A stretch of DNA of 58,911 nucleotides from Microbacteriaceae bacterium (GTDB taxonomy: Bacteria > Actinomycetota > Actinomycetes > Actinomycetales > Microbacteriaceae): positions 1 through 58,911 of the forward strand of contig CANFBG010000001.1 of NCBI GenBank assembly GCA_947444785.1, read 5' to 3'. The position numbers and the translations under genes were made by a program. Below, piece after piece: positions 16,041 through 26,393 of this stretch (position 1 is the first letter of the stretch; every line of letters starts with the position of its first letter). Below the pieces are notes generated by a model that was not told the origin of the DNA, did not search any database, and saw only the letters and a list, made by a program, of their open reading frames with translations.

Positions 16041-16736
16041 TCACTCGGTCGGGTCACGGCCATTGCTCAGGCTGTCCCAATCGTCGATGGCCGCGGAGCG
16101 TTCCGTCGCCTGGCTGTCGACGGCGTTTGCGGCACTCGGGTCCGACCCGACTCGAGCATTCCGGTTCGACGGATCGGCACTGTCTGCCTCCGCGAAGCGC
16201 ACGGCCTGGTACCGGCGTCCGGACACGGGCCAACGCCTCGTCGTCACGATGATGAAGAGTCCCGTCAGCGCGATGAGAACGCCGAGCGCCAGGGCGACGT
16301 AGGGCCAAGGGCTCTCCCCCGCATCCGCTGCGATGCCCCGAATGGCGCTCAGCCCGGCAATCCCCGTGGCCTTCGTCACGACGGGCGAGCCTGCCGCCAC
16401 CGGATCAATGAGTGCGCCCAGGCTGGATGCCGTGATTGCCGCTCCGACCGAGATCTGCAGGGCGCCGAGGACTACCCGCACGACGGGGCCCGCGATGGCC
16501 AGGGCCGCGGCGAGGGCAAGCCCGGCGAGGCCGAGAGCCGCCAGCGCCGGAGCGGCCACTGAACCGGGAACGACGAAGAGCTGGCCGCCCGCACTCGTGC
16601 CGGAGACGAGCAACGAGCCCCACTGCTGGCTCCAGGCGAGGAACACCAGCGCGCTCAGCGCAAGAACGGCGAGAATCGTGAGTCCCTTGATGCGGGCGGA
16701 GGGCTTTACGGCAGGCCGTGACCGGTCGGAAGTCAT
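16041..16736 (-). CDS. Trp biosynthesis-associated membrane protein (Trp_oprn_chp-like)
   Basis: Several TM helices, WP..GRRY and C-terminal DWDSLSNGRDPT motif; ATGA overlap with trpE. Confidence 0.85.
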   Translation of the reverse strand: MTSDRSRPAVKPSARIKGLTILAVLALSALVFLAWSQQWGSLLVSGTSAGGQLFVVPGSVAAPALAALGLAGLALAAALAIAGPVVRVVLGALQISVGAAITASSLGALIDPVAAGSPVVTKATGIAGLSAIRGIAADAGESPWPYVALALGVLIALTGLFIIVTTRRWPVSGRRYQAVRFAEADSADPSNRNARVGSDPSAANAVDSQATERSAAIDDWDSLSNGRDPTE

Positions 16737-18271
16737 GCCGTCACCCGCCGCAGGGCATTGGCGATGGCGACGGCCCGTAGGGGCGCCGCGGCCTTGTTCT
16801 GGGACTCCTGGAACTCGGACAGCGGATCGGAGTCGGCGACGAGGCCGCCTCCGGCCTGCACATGGGCGACTCCACCCTCGATGGTGGCCGTTCGAATGGC
16901 AATCGCCAGGTCGGCGTCCCCGGCGAAATCGAAGTAGCCGATGACACCGCCGTAGATCCCCCGCTGTGTCGGCTCGAGTTCGTCGATGATCTCGAGCGCC
17001 CGGGGCTTCGGCGCCCCGGAGAGGGTGCCCGCCGGGAACGTGGCCTTGAACACCTCGATCGCAGATATGCCCGGGTTCACCGCGCCCTCGACCGAGGAGA
17101 CGATGTGCATGATGTGGCTGAATCGCTCGATTCTCATGAACTCCGTCACCTCCACGGATCCGGGAACACACACCTTCAGGAGGTCGTTGCGTGCGAGGTC
17201 GACGAGCATGAGGTGCTCGGAGCGTTCCTTCTGATCGGCGAGCAGCTCGGCCGCAAGCTCGTCGTCGTGCTCGACATTGCGGCCGCGGGGCCGCGATCCC
17301 GCGATCGGATGCGTGAACGCCCGACCGCGCTCGACCTTCACAAGCGCCTCGGGGCTCGACCCGACGACCGTGTACGGCGTACCGTCGGGTCGTTCGAGCG
17401 CCAGGAGGTACAGGTACGGGCTCGGGTTCAGCGTTCGGAGCACGCGATAGACATCGATCGGCGCCGCGGTCGTCTCGAGGTCGAACCGCTGGGAGACGAC
17501 GACCTGGAAGATGTCGCCGTCCCGGATGTAGCCCTTCGACTTCTCGATCGCTGCGAGGAAGTCCGACTTCTCGGTTCGATTCGTCGGGGTGCCGACGACG
17601 CTGAAGTCGGCCTCAGCCAGCCACGCCTCCGCGGGCTCGGCAAGCAGGGCCTGCATCGCATCGAGCCGGGCCTGCGCGTTCTTCCATCTGTCCAGACTCG
17701 GCGTGCCGGCATCCGGCAGAACGTTCGTGATGAGTTCGACGGTGCCGTTGAGATGATCGACGACGACGAGGTCGCGCACGAAACACATGGCCATGCTGGG
17801 GATCGTGTAGTCGCGGGACGGTCGGTTCGGCAGGTTCTCGATCTGGCGCACGGTCTCCCAGCCGATCGCGCCGACAAGGCCGCCGGACAGCGGCGGCTGA
17901 CCCTGGATGACAGGCGTCTTCCACGTCTCGTAAAGGTCGGCGAGAGCGGCCAGCGGCGTCGCCGGCAGACCCTGGGGAAACGCCGTGCTCTCGTCGAGCC
18001 CGAGATCGAGCCAGACCGCAGCATCGTCCTGCTCGGTCAAGACTCCGTAGCTGTCGACCCCGATGAATGAAAACCTGGACCATACGCCGCCCTGGCCCGC
18101 GGACTCCAGCAGGAAGGTGCCGGAACGTGAGTTCGCAAGTTTGCGGTAGATGCCGACGGGCGTCTCCCCGTCGGCGAACAGGTTGCGGATCACCGGGAGA
18201 ACGCGGTGCGTTCCCAGAAGCTCCTCGAATTGCTCGCGGGTGCTGGCGCCGAGATAGGGCGGGGTGTTCAT
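16733..18271 (-). CDS. trpE: Anthranilate synthase component I
   Basis: [44 protein letters not shown]; ATG at 18271. Confidence 0.96.
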   Translation of the reverse strand: MNTPPYLGASTREQFEELLGTHRVLPVIRNLFADGETPVGIYRKLANSRSGTFLLESAGQGGVWSRFSFIGVDSYGVLTEQDDAAVWLDLGLDESTAFPQGLPATPLAALADLYETWKTPVIQGQPPLSGGLVGAIGWETVRQIENLPNRPSRDYTIPSMAMCFVRDLVVVDHLNGTVELITNVLPDAGTPSLDRWKNAQARLDAMQALLAEPAEAWLAEADFSVVGTPTNRTEKSDFLAAIEKSKGYIRDGDIFQVVVSQRFDLETTAAPIDVYRVLRTLNPSPYLYLLALERPDGTPYTVVGSSPEALVKVERGRAFTHPIAGSRPRGRNVEHDDELAAELLADQKERSEHLMLVDLARNDLLKVCVPGSVEVTEFMRIERFSHIMHIVSSVEGAVNPGISAIEVFKATFPAGTLSGAPKPRALEIIDELEPTQRGIYGGVIGYFDFAGDADLAIAIRTATIEGGVAHVQAGGGLVADSDPLSEFQESQNKAAAPLRAVAIANALRRVTA

Positions 18272-18663
18272 GCGTTCTCTCCAGTGGCGGGGAAGGGACC
18301 GAGATCGAGGGGGTCCACATCGAAGCAGCTGCGGGCGCCGGTGTGACAGGCGACCCCGATCTGCTCGACCTGGACAAGGATGGTATCGGAATCGCAGTCG
18401 AGGGCGGCTCCCCGAACGAACTGCGCGTGGCCCGAGGTGTCGCCCTTGCGCCAGAACTCCGAGCGGGACCGGGACCAGAAGGTGACGCGCCCCTCGCTCA
18501 GGGTTCGAGCCAGCGCCTCGCGGTTCATATAGCCGAGCATCAGCACCTGGCCGGTGTCCCACTGCTGAATGATCGCCGGCAGCAGGCCATCGGCCGCAAA
18601 CCGCGCGCGGTCGAGTACTGCCGCGAGCTCGGTCTCCGAAAGTGCGGTGTCACGCTGTGTCAT
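18268..18663 (-). CDS. hisI: Phosphoribosyl-AMP cyclohydrolase
   Basis: [27 protein letters not shown]. Confidence 0.96.
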   Translation of the reverse strand: MTQRDTALSETELAAVLDRARFAADGLLPAIIQQWDTGQVLMLGYMNREALARTLSEGRVTFWSRSRSEFWRKGDTSGHAQFVRGAALDCDSDTILVQVEQIGVACHTGARSCFDVDPLDLGPFPATGENA

Positions 18664-19421
18664 CGAACAAGCACCCCATCCTGGCTCAAGACTTCTTTTA
18701 CCTCACCGATGGTGAATTCCCGATTGTGAAAAATGGATGCGGCCAGCACCGCGTCGGCGCCGGCACGGATCGCCTCGGGAAAGTGCGAGAGCACCCCGGC
18801 TCCCCCGGATGCGATCACGGGCACGCTGCTGACGGCCCGCATCGCGGAGATCAGCTGAAGGTCGAAGCCCTCCTTGGTGCCGTCGGCGTCGATCGAATTG
18901 ACCAGCAGCTCGCCCGCACCGCGGCGAATAGCCTCCTGAGCCCAGACGAGAGCGTCGATATCGGTCTCGGTGCGACCACCGTGGGTTGTCACGACGAAGC
19001 CGGATGCGCATCGCTCGCTGCGCTTGACATCCAGGGACAGCACGAGAACCTGCGCGCCGAAGCGATCGGCGATCTCGCCCAGAAGTGCCGGGCGGGCGAT
19101 TGCGGCGCTGTTTACTCCGACCTTGTCGGCTCCGTGGGCGAGCAGTCGCGCGACGTCATCGTCGCTGCGCACGCCACCGCCGACAGTCAGCGGGATGAAG
19201 ACCTGCTCGGCCGTCTTGCGCACCACGTCGTAGGTCGTCGAGCGGTCGTCAATCGTCGCGGTCACGTCGAGAAAGGTCAACTCGTCGGCACCCTGGGCCG
19301 CGTACAGGCGCGCCAGTTCGACGGGATCGCCGGCATCCCGCAGATTCTCGAACTTGACCCCTTTGACCACGCGGCCGGCGGCCACGTCCAAACAGGGGAT
19401 GACCCGCACAGCGACCGTCAT
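18660..19421 (-). CDS. hisF: Imidazole glycerol phosphate synthase cyclase subunit
   Basis: [33 protein letters not shown]; ATG at 19421. Confidence 0.97.
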   Translation of the reverse strand: MTVAVRVIPCLDVAAGRVVKGVKFENLRDAGDPVELARLYAAQGADELTFLDVTATIDDRSTTYDVVRKTAEQVFIPLTVGGGVRSDDDVARLLAHGADKVGVNSAAIARPALLGEIADRFGAQVLVLSLDVKRSERCASGFVVTTHGGRTETDIDALVWAQEAIRRGAGELLVNSIDADGTKEGFDLQLISAMRAVSSVPVIASGGAGVLSHFPEAIRAGADAVLAASIFHNREFTIGEVKEVLSQDGVLVR

Positions 19422-19423
19422 CG

Positions 19424-20263
19424 CTAGATCCTGGCGGCGTGGATCGAACTGACCAGGATGGCCCGCGCGCCGACCTCGTAGAGGGCATCCATCACCTGGT
19501 TCGTGTCGAGCTTGGGCACCATGGCCCGCACGGCGACCCACTCGGCATCTTTCAGCGGCGAGATCGTCGGGGACTCGAGCCCCGGAGTGAGGGCGGCCGC
19601 GGCATCGAGGCTGGCCAGGGGAACGTCGTAGTCCATCAAGACGTACTGGCGGGCCACGAGCACACCCTGGAGACGGCGCAGGAGGGTATCGGCTCCGGCG
19701 TGCTGAACACCTGAGCTGATCAGGACGGCGCTCGACTCGAGGATCACCGGACCGAAGATCTTCAGGCCCGCCGCCCTGAGGGTGGCGCCGGTCGAGACGA
19801 CGTCGGCCACCGCATCCGCGACGCCGAGGCGAACGGCCGACTCAACCGCCCCATCGAGGCGAACGAGGTGCGACGTGACCCCGTGACCGGCGAGGAATGC
19901 ACCGACGAGGCCGGGGTAGCTCGTGGCCACCCGAACGCCCTGCAGGTCTGTCAGGGCGGAGTACTTGCCCTCCGGTCCGGCGAAGCGGAACGTGGAGTCA
20001 CCGAATTCCAGCGAGGCGACCTCGGCGGCCGGCGACTCTGAGTCGAGAAGCAGGTCGCGACCCGTGATACCCACGTCGAGGGCGCCGCTGCCAACGTATG
20101 TGGCTATGTCGCGCGGGCGAAGGTAGAAGAACTCCACGCCATTGCGAGTGTCGGCGAAATGCAGGTCGCGAGGGTCCCGCCGACCTGAATAGCCTGCCTC
20201 AGACAGCATCTGGGCGGCGGTTTCGGACAGCGAACCCTTATTGGGAACCGCGATTCTCAGCAT
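19424..20263 (-). CDS. hisG: ATP phosphoribosyltransferase (long form)
   Basis: [30 protein letters not shown]; ATG at 20263. Confidence 0.96.
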   Translation of the reverse strand: MLRIAVPNKGSLSETAAQMLSEAGYSGRRDPRDLHFADTRNGVEFFYLRPRDIATYVGSGALDVGITGRDLLLDSESPAAEVASLEFGDSTFRFAGPEGKYSALTDLQGVRVATSYPGLVGAFLAGHGVTSHLVRLDGAVESAVRLGVADAVADVVSTGATLRAAGLKIFGPVILESSAVLISSGVQHAGADTLLRRLQGVLVARQYVLMDYDVPLASLDAAAALTPGLESPTISPLKDAEWVAVRAMVPKLDTNQVMDALYEVGARAILVSSIHAARI

Positions 20264-20342
20264 GTTTGGATCTCTCGGGCTGGAGGGAAGTTCTTCGTGC
20301 GCGTGAGCACGGGAAAGTCTTGGTCGGGGTGGACTGGCTGAA

Positions 20343-20606
20343 TCAGAGGTGCTTGTAGACGTCGGCAAGGGTCAGGCCCTTGGCGATCACGAGAACCTGC
20401 AGATGGTAGAGCAACTGTGAGATCTCCTCCGAGAGCTCCTCGGGAGTCTCGTACTCGGCGGCCATCCAGACCTCCGCGGCCTCCTCGACGATCTTCTTGC
20501 CGATGAAGTGAACGCCGGCGTCGAGTTCGGCAACGGTGCCCGAACCTTCCGGGCGTTCAACGGCCTTTGCACTCAGTTCGGCAAATAGGTCCTCGAAAGT
20601 TTTCAC
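20343..20606 (-). CDS. hisE: Phosphoribosyl-ATP pyrophosphatase
   Basis: [19 protein letters not shown]. Confidence 0.95.
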   Translation of the reverse strand: MKTFEDLFAELSAKAVERPEGSGTVAELDAGVHFIGKKIVEEAAEVWMAAEYETPEELSEEISQLLYHLQVLVIAKGLTLADVYKHL

Positions 20607-20637
20607 CCCTTGAGTTTACAGGGGTACCATCGGCGGC

Positions 20638-21201
20638 ATGACCGAACAACAGCCCTACACCGTACTCGAGACCCGGCCGGGCTTCGAGTTGCGCACGTAC
20701 CCTGAGCACCTCGTCGCGGAGGTGACCGTGTCCGCATCTTTCGAGGATGCCGGAAGCCGCGCTTTCCGATATCTGTTCAACTACATCAGCGGGGCCAACT
20801 CGGCCAGGCAGAAGCTCGCCATGACGTCCCCCGTAGTGCAGTCCGGCCCGGGCACGAAGATCGCCATGACGTCCCCCGTGGTGCAGCAAGAACTCGGCGA
20901 CGCCTCGAGCCATGTCGTCGCGTTCGTTCTTCCCGAGGGGATGACGGCCGAGACCGCCCCGGTTCCAACGAGCGGTGAGGTGCGCATTCGCACCGTGCCC
21001 GCCAGCGTCGCGGCCGCCCTGACCTACCGCGGCCGCTGGACCGAGGACTCCTACCGGAGGCACGTCGCTGAGCTCCGCGAGGCCGTAGCCGTCGCCGGTC
21101 TCACGGCTGTGGGGGAACCTCGACTCGCCCGCTTCGACCCGCCCTACAAACCGGCATTTATGCGCCGAAACGAGGTCGTGCTCGATGTTGCGGGTCCCTA
21201 G
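20638..21201 (+). CDS. SOUL family heme-binding protein
   Basis: TEQQPYTV, AFRYLFNYISGAN, KIAMTSPV, FDPP..RRNEV. Confidence 0.9.
   Translation: MTEQQPYTVLETRPGFELRTYPEHLVAEVTVSASFEDAGSRAFRYLFNYISGANSARQKLAMTSPVVQSGPGTKIAMTSPVVQQELGDASSHVVAFVLPEGMTAETAPVPTSGEVRIRTVPASVAAALTYRGRWTEDSYRRHVAELREAVAVAGLTAVGEPRLARFDPPYKPAFMRRNEVVLDVAGP
20812..20886 (+). repeat. Intragenic 30-bp direct repeat, two copies, 45-nt period
   Basis: AAGCTCGCCATGACGTCCCCCGTAGTGCAG and AAGATCGCCATGACGTCCCCCGTGGTGCAG (28/30 identical). Confidence 0.9.
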
Positions 21202-21231
21202 GAACCGATAGCTCTGCCCGAAGAAGGACGC

Positions 21232-21894
21232 CTAGTGGCTGTGCTGCTCCGCAATGAAGCGCAGGAGTGCGATCTGGGCGGCAGCGCTCTCCGCTCCGAA
21301 CACGCTGGAGCCGGCCACGAATGTGTTCGCGCCCGCTCGCGCGGCGACCTCGATAGTCGTCTCGGTAATCCCCCCGTCGACCTGCAGCCAGACGTCGAGG
21401 CCGCTCGCCTTGACCGCGGCGGACGCCGCCGCCAGCTTGGGCATGGTGCTGTCCATGAATGACTGCCCACCGAAACCTGGCTCCACCGTCATGATCAGCA
21501 GCTGATCGAACTCCTCCAGAATCTCGAGGTAGGGCTCGACTGGTGTCCCCGGCTTGATGGCGATGCCGGCCCGGGCACCGATCTGCCGGAGCCTCCGCGC
21601 AAGCGCAACCGGCTCGGTGGTCGCCTCCGCGTGGAACGTGACCGAGAAGGCCCCGAGTTCGGCGAATTGCGGTGCCCAGAGATCGACGTCGGTGATCATC
21701 AGGTGCATGTCCAGCGGGAGCGCCGTCACCTCGCCGATGCGCTTGACGACGGGCAGCCCAAAGGTCAGGTTGGGCACGAAATGGTTGTCCATCACGTCGA
21801 CATGAACCGCGTCGGCCGACGCTATGCGATCGAGCTCAGTCGCGAGGTGGGCGAAATCGGCGGCCAGGATGCTGGGGTTGATCCGAACAGACAT
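21232..21894 (-). CDS. rpe: Ribulose-phosphate 3-epimerase
   Basis: PSILAADF, HVDVMD.HFVPN, MTVEPGFGGQ, QVDGG. Confidence 0.97.
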   Translation of the reverse strand: MSVRINPSILAADFAHLATELDRIASADAVHVDVMDNHFVPNLTFGLPVVKRIGEVTALPLDMHLMITDVDLWAPQFAELGAFSVTFHAEATTEPVALARRLRQIGARAGIAIKPGTPVEPYLEILEEFDQLLIMTVEPGFGGQSFMDSTMPKLAAASAAVKASGLDVWLQVDGGITETTIEVAARAGANTFVAGSSVFGAESAAAQIALLRFIAEQHSH

Positions 21895-21928
21895 GGAATC
21901 AGCCTAGAGGCCCCCGCGCCCTCCGCAG

Positions 21929-23335
21929 TCAGTTCTTGACCAGCAGAGCGATGAACATGGCATCGGTCTGAACCGTGTGCGGCCAGAGCTGCACCTGCGA
22001 GCCCTCGGGCCTGGCATCGACGGACTCACCGGTGATCTCGCCGAGCACCCGGGCCGTGTCCAGCGGGGACACCGCTGTGCCCCAGCGCGCGATGGCCCCG
22101 GCGATCTGGCCGCGGGTCTCGGCAACGTGGGGCGAGCAGGTCACATAGGCGAGGATCCCACCCGGACGAAGGGCCGTGATGGCCGAGTCGATGAGTCTGG
22201 CCTGCAGATCGGCGAGCTCGGCGACGTCCTTGGGGGTCTTCCGCCATCTGGCTTCGGGCCTGCGACGCAGGGCACCGAGGCCCGTGCACGGGGCATCGAC
22301 CAGGATGCGATCAAAAAGGCCCGGATGAAGCTCGCCGATCCGAGTTGCGTCTTCCTGCCACACCTGGGGCGGGTCCGGGATCGCCGCCAGCGCGTTTCGC
22401 ACGAGTTTGGCCCGCGCGGGAACAGGTTCGTTAGCGGTCAGGATGGCGCCGCCCAGTCGGGCCTCGGCCGCCAGGAGCGCGGCCTTGCCGCCCGGGCCGG
22501 CACAGGCATCCAGCCAGCGCTCCCCCGGTGCGATGGGTCGAGCGCGGGTGAGCGCGAGAGCGGCCAGCTGGGACCCCTCGTCCTGCACCCGAACCGTTCC
22601 CGCGGCGACCTGCGGGATTGCCGCCGGGTCGCCGGCCGTTGCGACGAATCCGAACGGTGAGCGCTTGGTTTTTCGTCCCGGAATGTCCAGGTCGGCCCGA
22701 TCGGCCAAGCCGGGCAGGGCGACGAGGCCGAGACGGGCAGGAAGGTTGTCCGCGTCGAGAAGGTCTCGCAGGTCGTCTTCGACGTCGTCGGCCGAGACGG
22801 AATCGGCACGAAGGGCCCGGCGAAACGCGCGCACGATCCAGACCGGATGCGAGTACTCGGCGGCGAGGCGCGCATCGGCGTCGCGGGCCCCGTTCAGAAC
22901 CTGCTCCCGCCACTCGTCCGGTTCGCTGCGGGTGAGGGTGCGCAGGATTCCGTTGACGAATCCCGTCGCACTCCGACTGGCCACGAGTCGGGCCTGTTCG
23001 ACCGACTCGTTCACGGCCGCATGCGTTGCAACCCGCATGGACAGCAGCTGGTGGGCGGCGAGTTCGAGCACGTCGAGTACGACTGGGTCGATGTCGCCGA
23101 TCGGCCGGTTGGCGGCGATGGCGATCACCTGGTCGTAGTAGCCGCGCATCCTGAGCGTTCCATAGGTCAGCTCCGTGGTGAGCGCCGCATCCGCCGGGGA
23201 GAGCTTGGCACGGGCGAGCTTGACGGGCAGCAGCAGGTTGGCGTACGCATCGTCCTCGCGCACGGCCGTGATCACCTCCAGGGCGATTCGACGTGGGGCC
23301 ATGACGGCAGAGGGGTTCGGTGTGTTGGTGCTCAT
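21929..23335 (-). CDS. rsmB: RsmB/NOP family 16S rRNA m5C methyltransferase (Sun/Fmu)
   Basis: NusB-like N-terminus, QDEGSQ, DACAGPGGK, DAPCTG, YVTCS; ATGA overlap with fmt. Confidence 0.92.
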   Translation of the reverse strand: MSTNTPNPSAVMAPRRIALEVITAVREDDAYANLLLPVKLARAKLSPADAALTTELTYGTLRMRGYYDQVIAIAANRPIGDIDPVVLDVLELAAHQLLSMRVATHAAVNESVEQARLVASRSATGFVNGILRTLTRSEPDEWREQVLNGARDADARLAAEYSHPVWIVRAFRRALRADSVSADDVEDDLRDLLDADNLPARLGLVALPGLADRADLDIPGRKTKRSPFGFVATAGDPAAIPQVAAGTVRVQDEGSQLAALALTRARPIAPGERWLDACAGPGGKAALLAAEARLGGAILTANEPVPARAKLVRNALAAIPDPPQVWQEDATRIGELHPGLFDRILVDAPCTGLGALRRRPEARWRKTPKDVAELADLQARLIDSAITALRPGGILAYVTCSPHVAETRGQIAGAIARWGTAVSPLDTARVLGEITGESVDARPEGSQVQLWPHTVQTDAMFIALLVKN

Positions 23336-24249
23336 TCGGCAACCAGACCTTCCGTTTGAGCGAGGCCGCGCCACCAATCGGCGGCGGCCATGGGGTTCTT
23401 GCCAGCAGGCTGCACGCTGAGCACCTCGAGGGGATCGGTGGCGGTGCCCACGAGGACACGCCCTTGTGCCCAGGCGAGGGAACCGGCTGCGAGTGCGGGG
23501 GCATCCGGTGCCGGGCGGGCGCTGAGAATCTTCAACCGCAGGCCGTTCAGCGTGGTGAACGCACCGGGTTCAGGAGTGACCGATCGAATCATCCGGGAGA
23601 GCTCGTGGACCGGGCTGCTGAAGTCGATGCGCGCGTGCTCCAGCGTTATCTTGGGCGCCAGCGTTGGCTGACCCTCCTGATCGGCCGACTGGATGGTGCC
23701 CGCGGCCAGTGCCCGGACGACGCCACCGGTGAGCTCAGCTCCCGCCACGGCGAGGCTGTCGAGAAGCTGCCCTGCGGTCTCCCCGTCACCTGGCGGGCGC
23801 GAGAAGCTGGCAAAGACGGGACCCGCATCGAGCTCGGCAACGAGCTGGAAAACCGTGGCTCCGACGAGGGGGTCTCCCGCCCGGATGGACCACTGGACGG
23901 GGGCGGCTCCCCGCCACCTTGGCAGGAGGGAGAAGTGCAGGTTGATCCAGCCGAGACGAGGTGTGCTGAGAAGTGGCTCTCTCACGAGACCGCCGTAGGC
24001 CACGATCACTCCGAGGTCGGCCTCGAGCCCGGCAACCTGTTCGGTGACCGCCAGATCGAGCCGGTTCGCAGCGATGACAGGCAGCCCGAGCTCCTCGGCG
24101 CGAGCGCGAACAGGGCTCGGGGTCAGAATGCGCTTGCGCCCGGTCGGGGCATCCTCCCGGGTGATGACGGCGACGACATCGTGCTCTGTGACGAGTGTTT
24201 CCAAGGTCGGCAGCGCAACCGCTGGCGTGCCGGCAAAGACGAGCCTCAT
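23332..24249 (-). CDS. fmt: Methionyl-tRNA formyltransferase
   Basis: FAGTP, INLHFSLLPRWRGAAP, LDAG. Confidence 0.96.
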   Translation of the reverse strand: MRLVFAGTPAVALPTLETLVTEHDVVAVITREDAPTGRKRILTPSPVRARAEELGLPVIAANRLDLAVTEQVAGLEADLGVIVAYGGLVREPLLSTPRLGWINLHFSLLPRWRGAAPVQWSIRAGDPLVGATVFQLVAELDAGPVFASFSRPPGDGETAGQLLDSLAVAGAELTGGVVRALAAGTIQSADQEGQPTLAPKITLEHARIDFSSPVHELSRMIRSVTPEPGAFTTLNGLRLKILSARPAPDAPALAAGSLAWAQGRVLVGTATDPLEVLSVQPAGKNPMAAADWWRGLAQTEGLVAE

Positions 24250-24298
24250 CGGAATCTTTTCGTGTCGGTGGTGCTGGCGGGATCAAGACAGGCGGCGG

Positions 24299-26374
24299 TC
24301 ATTCGAGGAACTCGGTGTCATCGAACCGAACGCGAAGGGTCGGCGGCGGACGATAGGTCGTCTTGGTACCGGTGATGCTGCTGGTCTGGGTTCGCGTTCG
24401 CCCGGTGGCGTTCTTCACCACGGAGGAGCGCAGGCTTCGGGCAACCTCGTTGCCCAGGGCATAGTCGAAGCGCACGATTGCCCGAACGAGGCCGTCCTCC
24501 GCTTCGACCGGGCCGAGAACGTCAATTGTCGCCGATTCCCCGGCCGTTGCCGAATCGAGAAGGGCTGCGAGGGTCGCATCGACGATGTCGGCACGCCCCT
24601 TGACGCTCGCGACCCGCACGGCAGGCGGGAAACGCAGGGTTCGCCGCCCCTGCAGCTCCTCGTGGGCGAATAGGTCGTGCTGCCAGGTGACGAGCGTTCT
24701 CGCAAGCACTCCCCCGACCCCGACGATCACCGCCGGAGCCCGCGGCGCCGCGAGGGCGATGGCGTTGGACCACCAGCGAAGGCAGTCCTCGGCCACGGTG
24801 AGGGACTCCCTGGCGAGCATGCGCTCGCCGTCAAGCAGAAGGATGGCCCGATAGCCGCCGGCGGCGACCGGCTCTGCACCCCGCGTGGAGACGATCAAAG
24901 CGGGGGCCGCGGATACGGTGAGCAGGTTGCGCTCGCCATCCGAGACGATGATGCGGATGCCCGGGAACGCCCGTCCCAGTTCCTCCGCGGTGCGACCCGT
25001 GCCGAGGCTCACGAGCCGCAGACGCTGGCCTTCACAGCTGCGACAGCGCCACGCAGCCGAGATGGCACCGCACCAGCCGCAGGCGGGGGTTGCGTTCGCG
25101 TGGGCCAGTTTCAGTGGGCCCTCACACGCCGGGCACTTTGCCGCGGCCCGGCAACACGCACAGGCGAGCACCGGCGCATAGCCCGGGCGTGCCACCTGAA
25201 CGAGGACGGGCCCGGACTCCAATGCCGTTCTGACGATGGAGAACGCGGAGGAGGGAATTCGCGCAGACTGCGCCGGGGCATCCTGGTCACCCTGCTGGGC
25301 GGTGGGAACGACGTGGGGCAGCACCGTGGGACTCTGCCGGATCTCCGTGATGTAGCCGAGTTCGACGAGCCGCTGCAGCCAGGTGTCCCGAGAGTGTGAG
25401 AGAAGCAGGAGCGCTGCGCCGGACTGCTCCTGGCGGATCAGGGCGACGTCTCGAGTGGAGGCGCCCGGTGTCAGCGGCTCGATGTGCAGGGGGTCTGCGT
25501 CGTCCCAGATGGCAATCAGCCCGAGACGGGCAGACGGCGCGTACACCGCCGACCTGTTGCCGACGATGACGCGCGCCTCGGAATGAAGGCACGCAAGAAA
25601 GTTTCGATAGCGATCGGGGTTCGACTGGCGGGCATCCAGCGCCGTGATCTTCTCCGCCGGAATGCGGGCGGCGAGGGCGGCAACGAGCTGTTCCTGATCG
25701 CGGTAGTCGGGAACAGCGAGGATGGCGGTTCGCCCTGCGGCCAGCGTCACCGCGGCCGCCTCCGCCAGGGTCACTGCCCAGCGCCCAACCCACACTCCTG
25801 GCGCGACTTCGGCCACCGTCGGAATCGCAGGCAGCGCAATTCGCCGACCCTCGGCGATTGCCTGCTCAACCACGCCTGTTCCGTAGCCGGAAATCGCAGG
25901 CGAGGCTCCTGCCGCTGCCTCGGAAACGGGAGCATCAGGCTCGGTTGCGGCAAGCCACGCCCGCTCTATGCGCACCTGCCTCGGCGGCACGGCGAGGCGC
26001 ACGACATCTGAGGCCCCGCCGCCGCTGCGATCGGCAACCCTCCTGGCCAAGGCCCAGACCTCGGGCGTCAGCACCGGCACCCGGGAGATGACCTCCTCGA
26101 TGTCGCTGAGGTTGCCCGAATAGGAGCTGTTTTCAGAGACGGAAACAATGTAGCCCCGCGCGATTCGCCCGGCCGAGCGCAGGGGAACCTTCACCCGCAC
26201 CCCGGGCACCGCCTCGGCAAGCATCGACGGCGGAACGCGATAGTCGAAGAGCCGATCAAGCTGGGGAAGAGGGGATTCGAGCATCACCTGGGCGACGGTC
26301 ACGGCCGCGTCGGCGTCGACGTTCTCCGTCGCTGAAGCCACCCCCGCCGCTGTGAGACCCGGCACTCCCGTCAT
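24299..26374 (-). CDS. priA: Primosomal protein N' (actinobacterial type)
   Basis: LDRLFDY 3'-binding domain, four CxxC zinc pairs, GTGRTAEEL, FPP; start uncertain. Confidence 0.88.
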   Translation of the reverse strand: MTGVPGLTAAGVASATENVDADAAVTVAQVMLESPLPQLDRLFDYRVPPSMLAEAVPGVRVKVPLRSAGRIARGYIVSVSENSSYSGNLSDIEEVISRVPVLTPEVWALARRVADRSGGGASDVVRLAVPPRQVRIERAWLAATEPDAPVSEAAAGASPAISGYGTGVVEQAIAEGRRIALPAIPTVAEVAPGVWVGRWAVTLAEAAAVTLAAGRTAILAVPDYRDQEQLVAALAARIPAEKITALDARQSNPDRYRNFLACLHSEARVIVGNRSAVYAPSARLGLIAIWDDADPLHIEPLTPGASTRDVALIRQEQSGAALLLLSHSRDTWLQRLVELGYITEIRQSPTVLPHVVPTAQQGDQDAPAQSARIPSSAFSIVRTALESGPVLVQVARPGYAPVLACACCRAAAKCPACEGPLKLAHANATPACGWCGAISAAWRCRSCEGQRLRLVSLGTGRTAEELGRAFPGIRIIVSDGERNLLTVSAAPALIVSTRGAEPVAAGGYRAILLLDGERMLARESLTVAEDCLRWWSNAIALAAPRAPAVIVGVGGVLARTLVTWQHDLFAHEELQGRRTLRFPPAVRVASVKGRADIVDATLAALLDSATAGESATIDVLGPVEAEDGLVRAIVRFDYALGNEVARSLRSSVVKNATGRTRTQTSSITGTKTTYRPPPTLRVRFDDTEFLE

Positions 26375-26393
26375 GCTGCTCGCGAGCCCTTGC

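Noticed and set aside
12901-20606. Absence of trpG, trpD, trpF, hisA and hisH from the his-trp cluster
   Set aside because: Usual dispersed arrangement in actinobacteria
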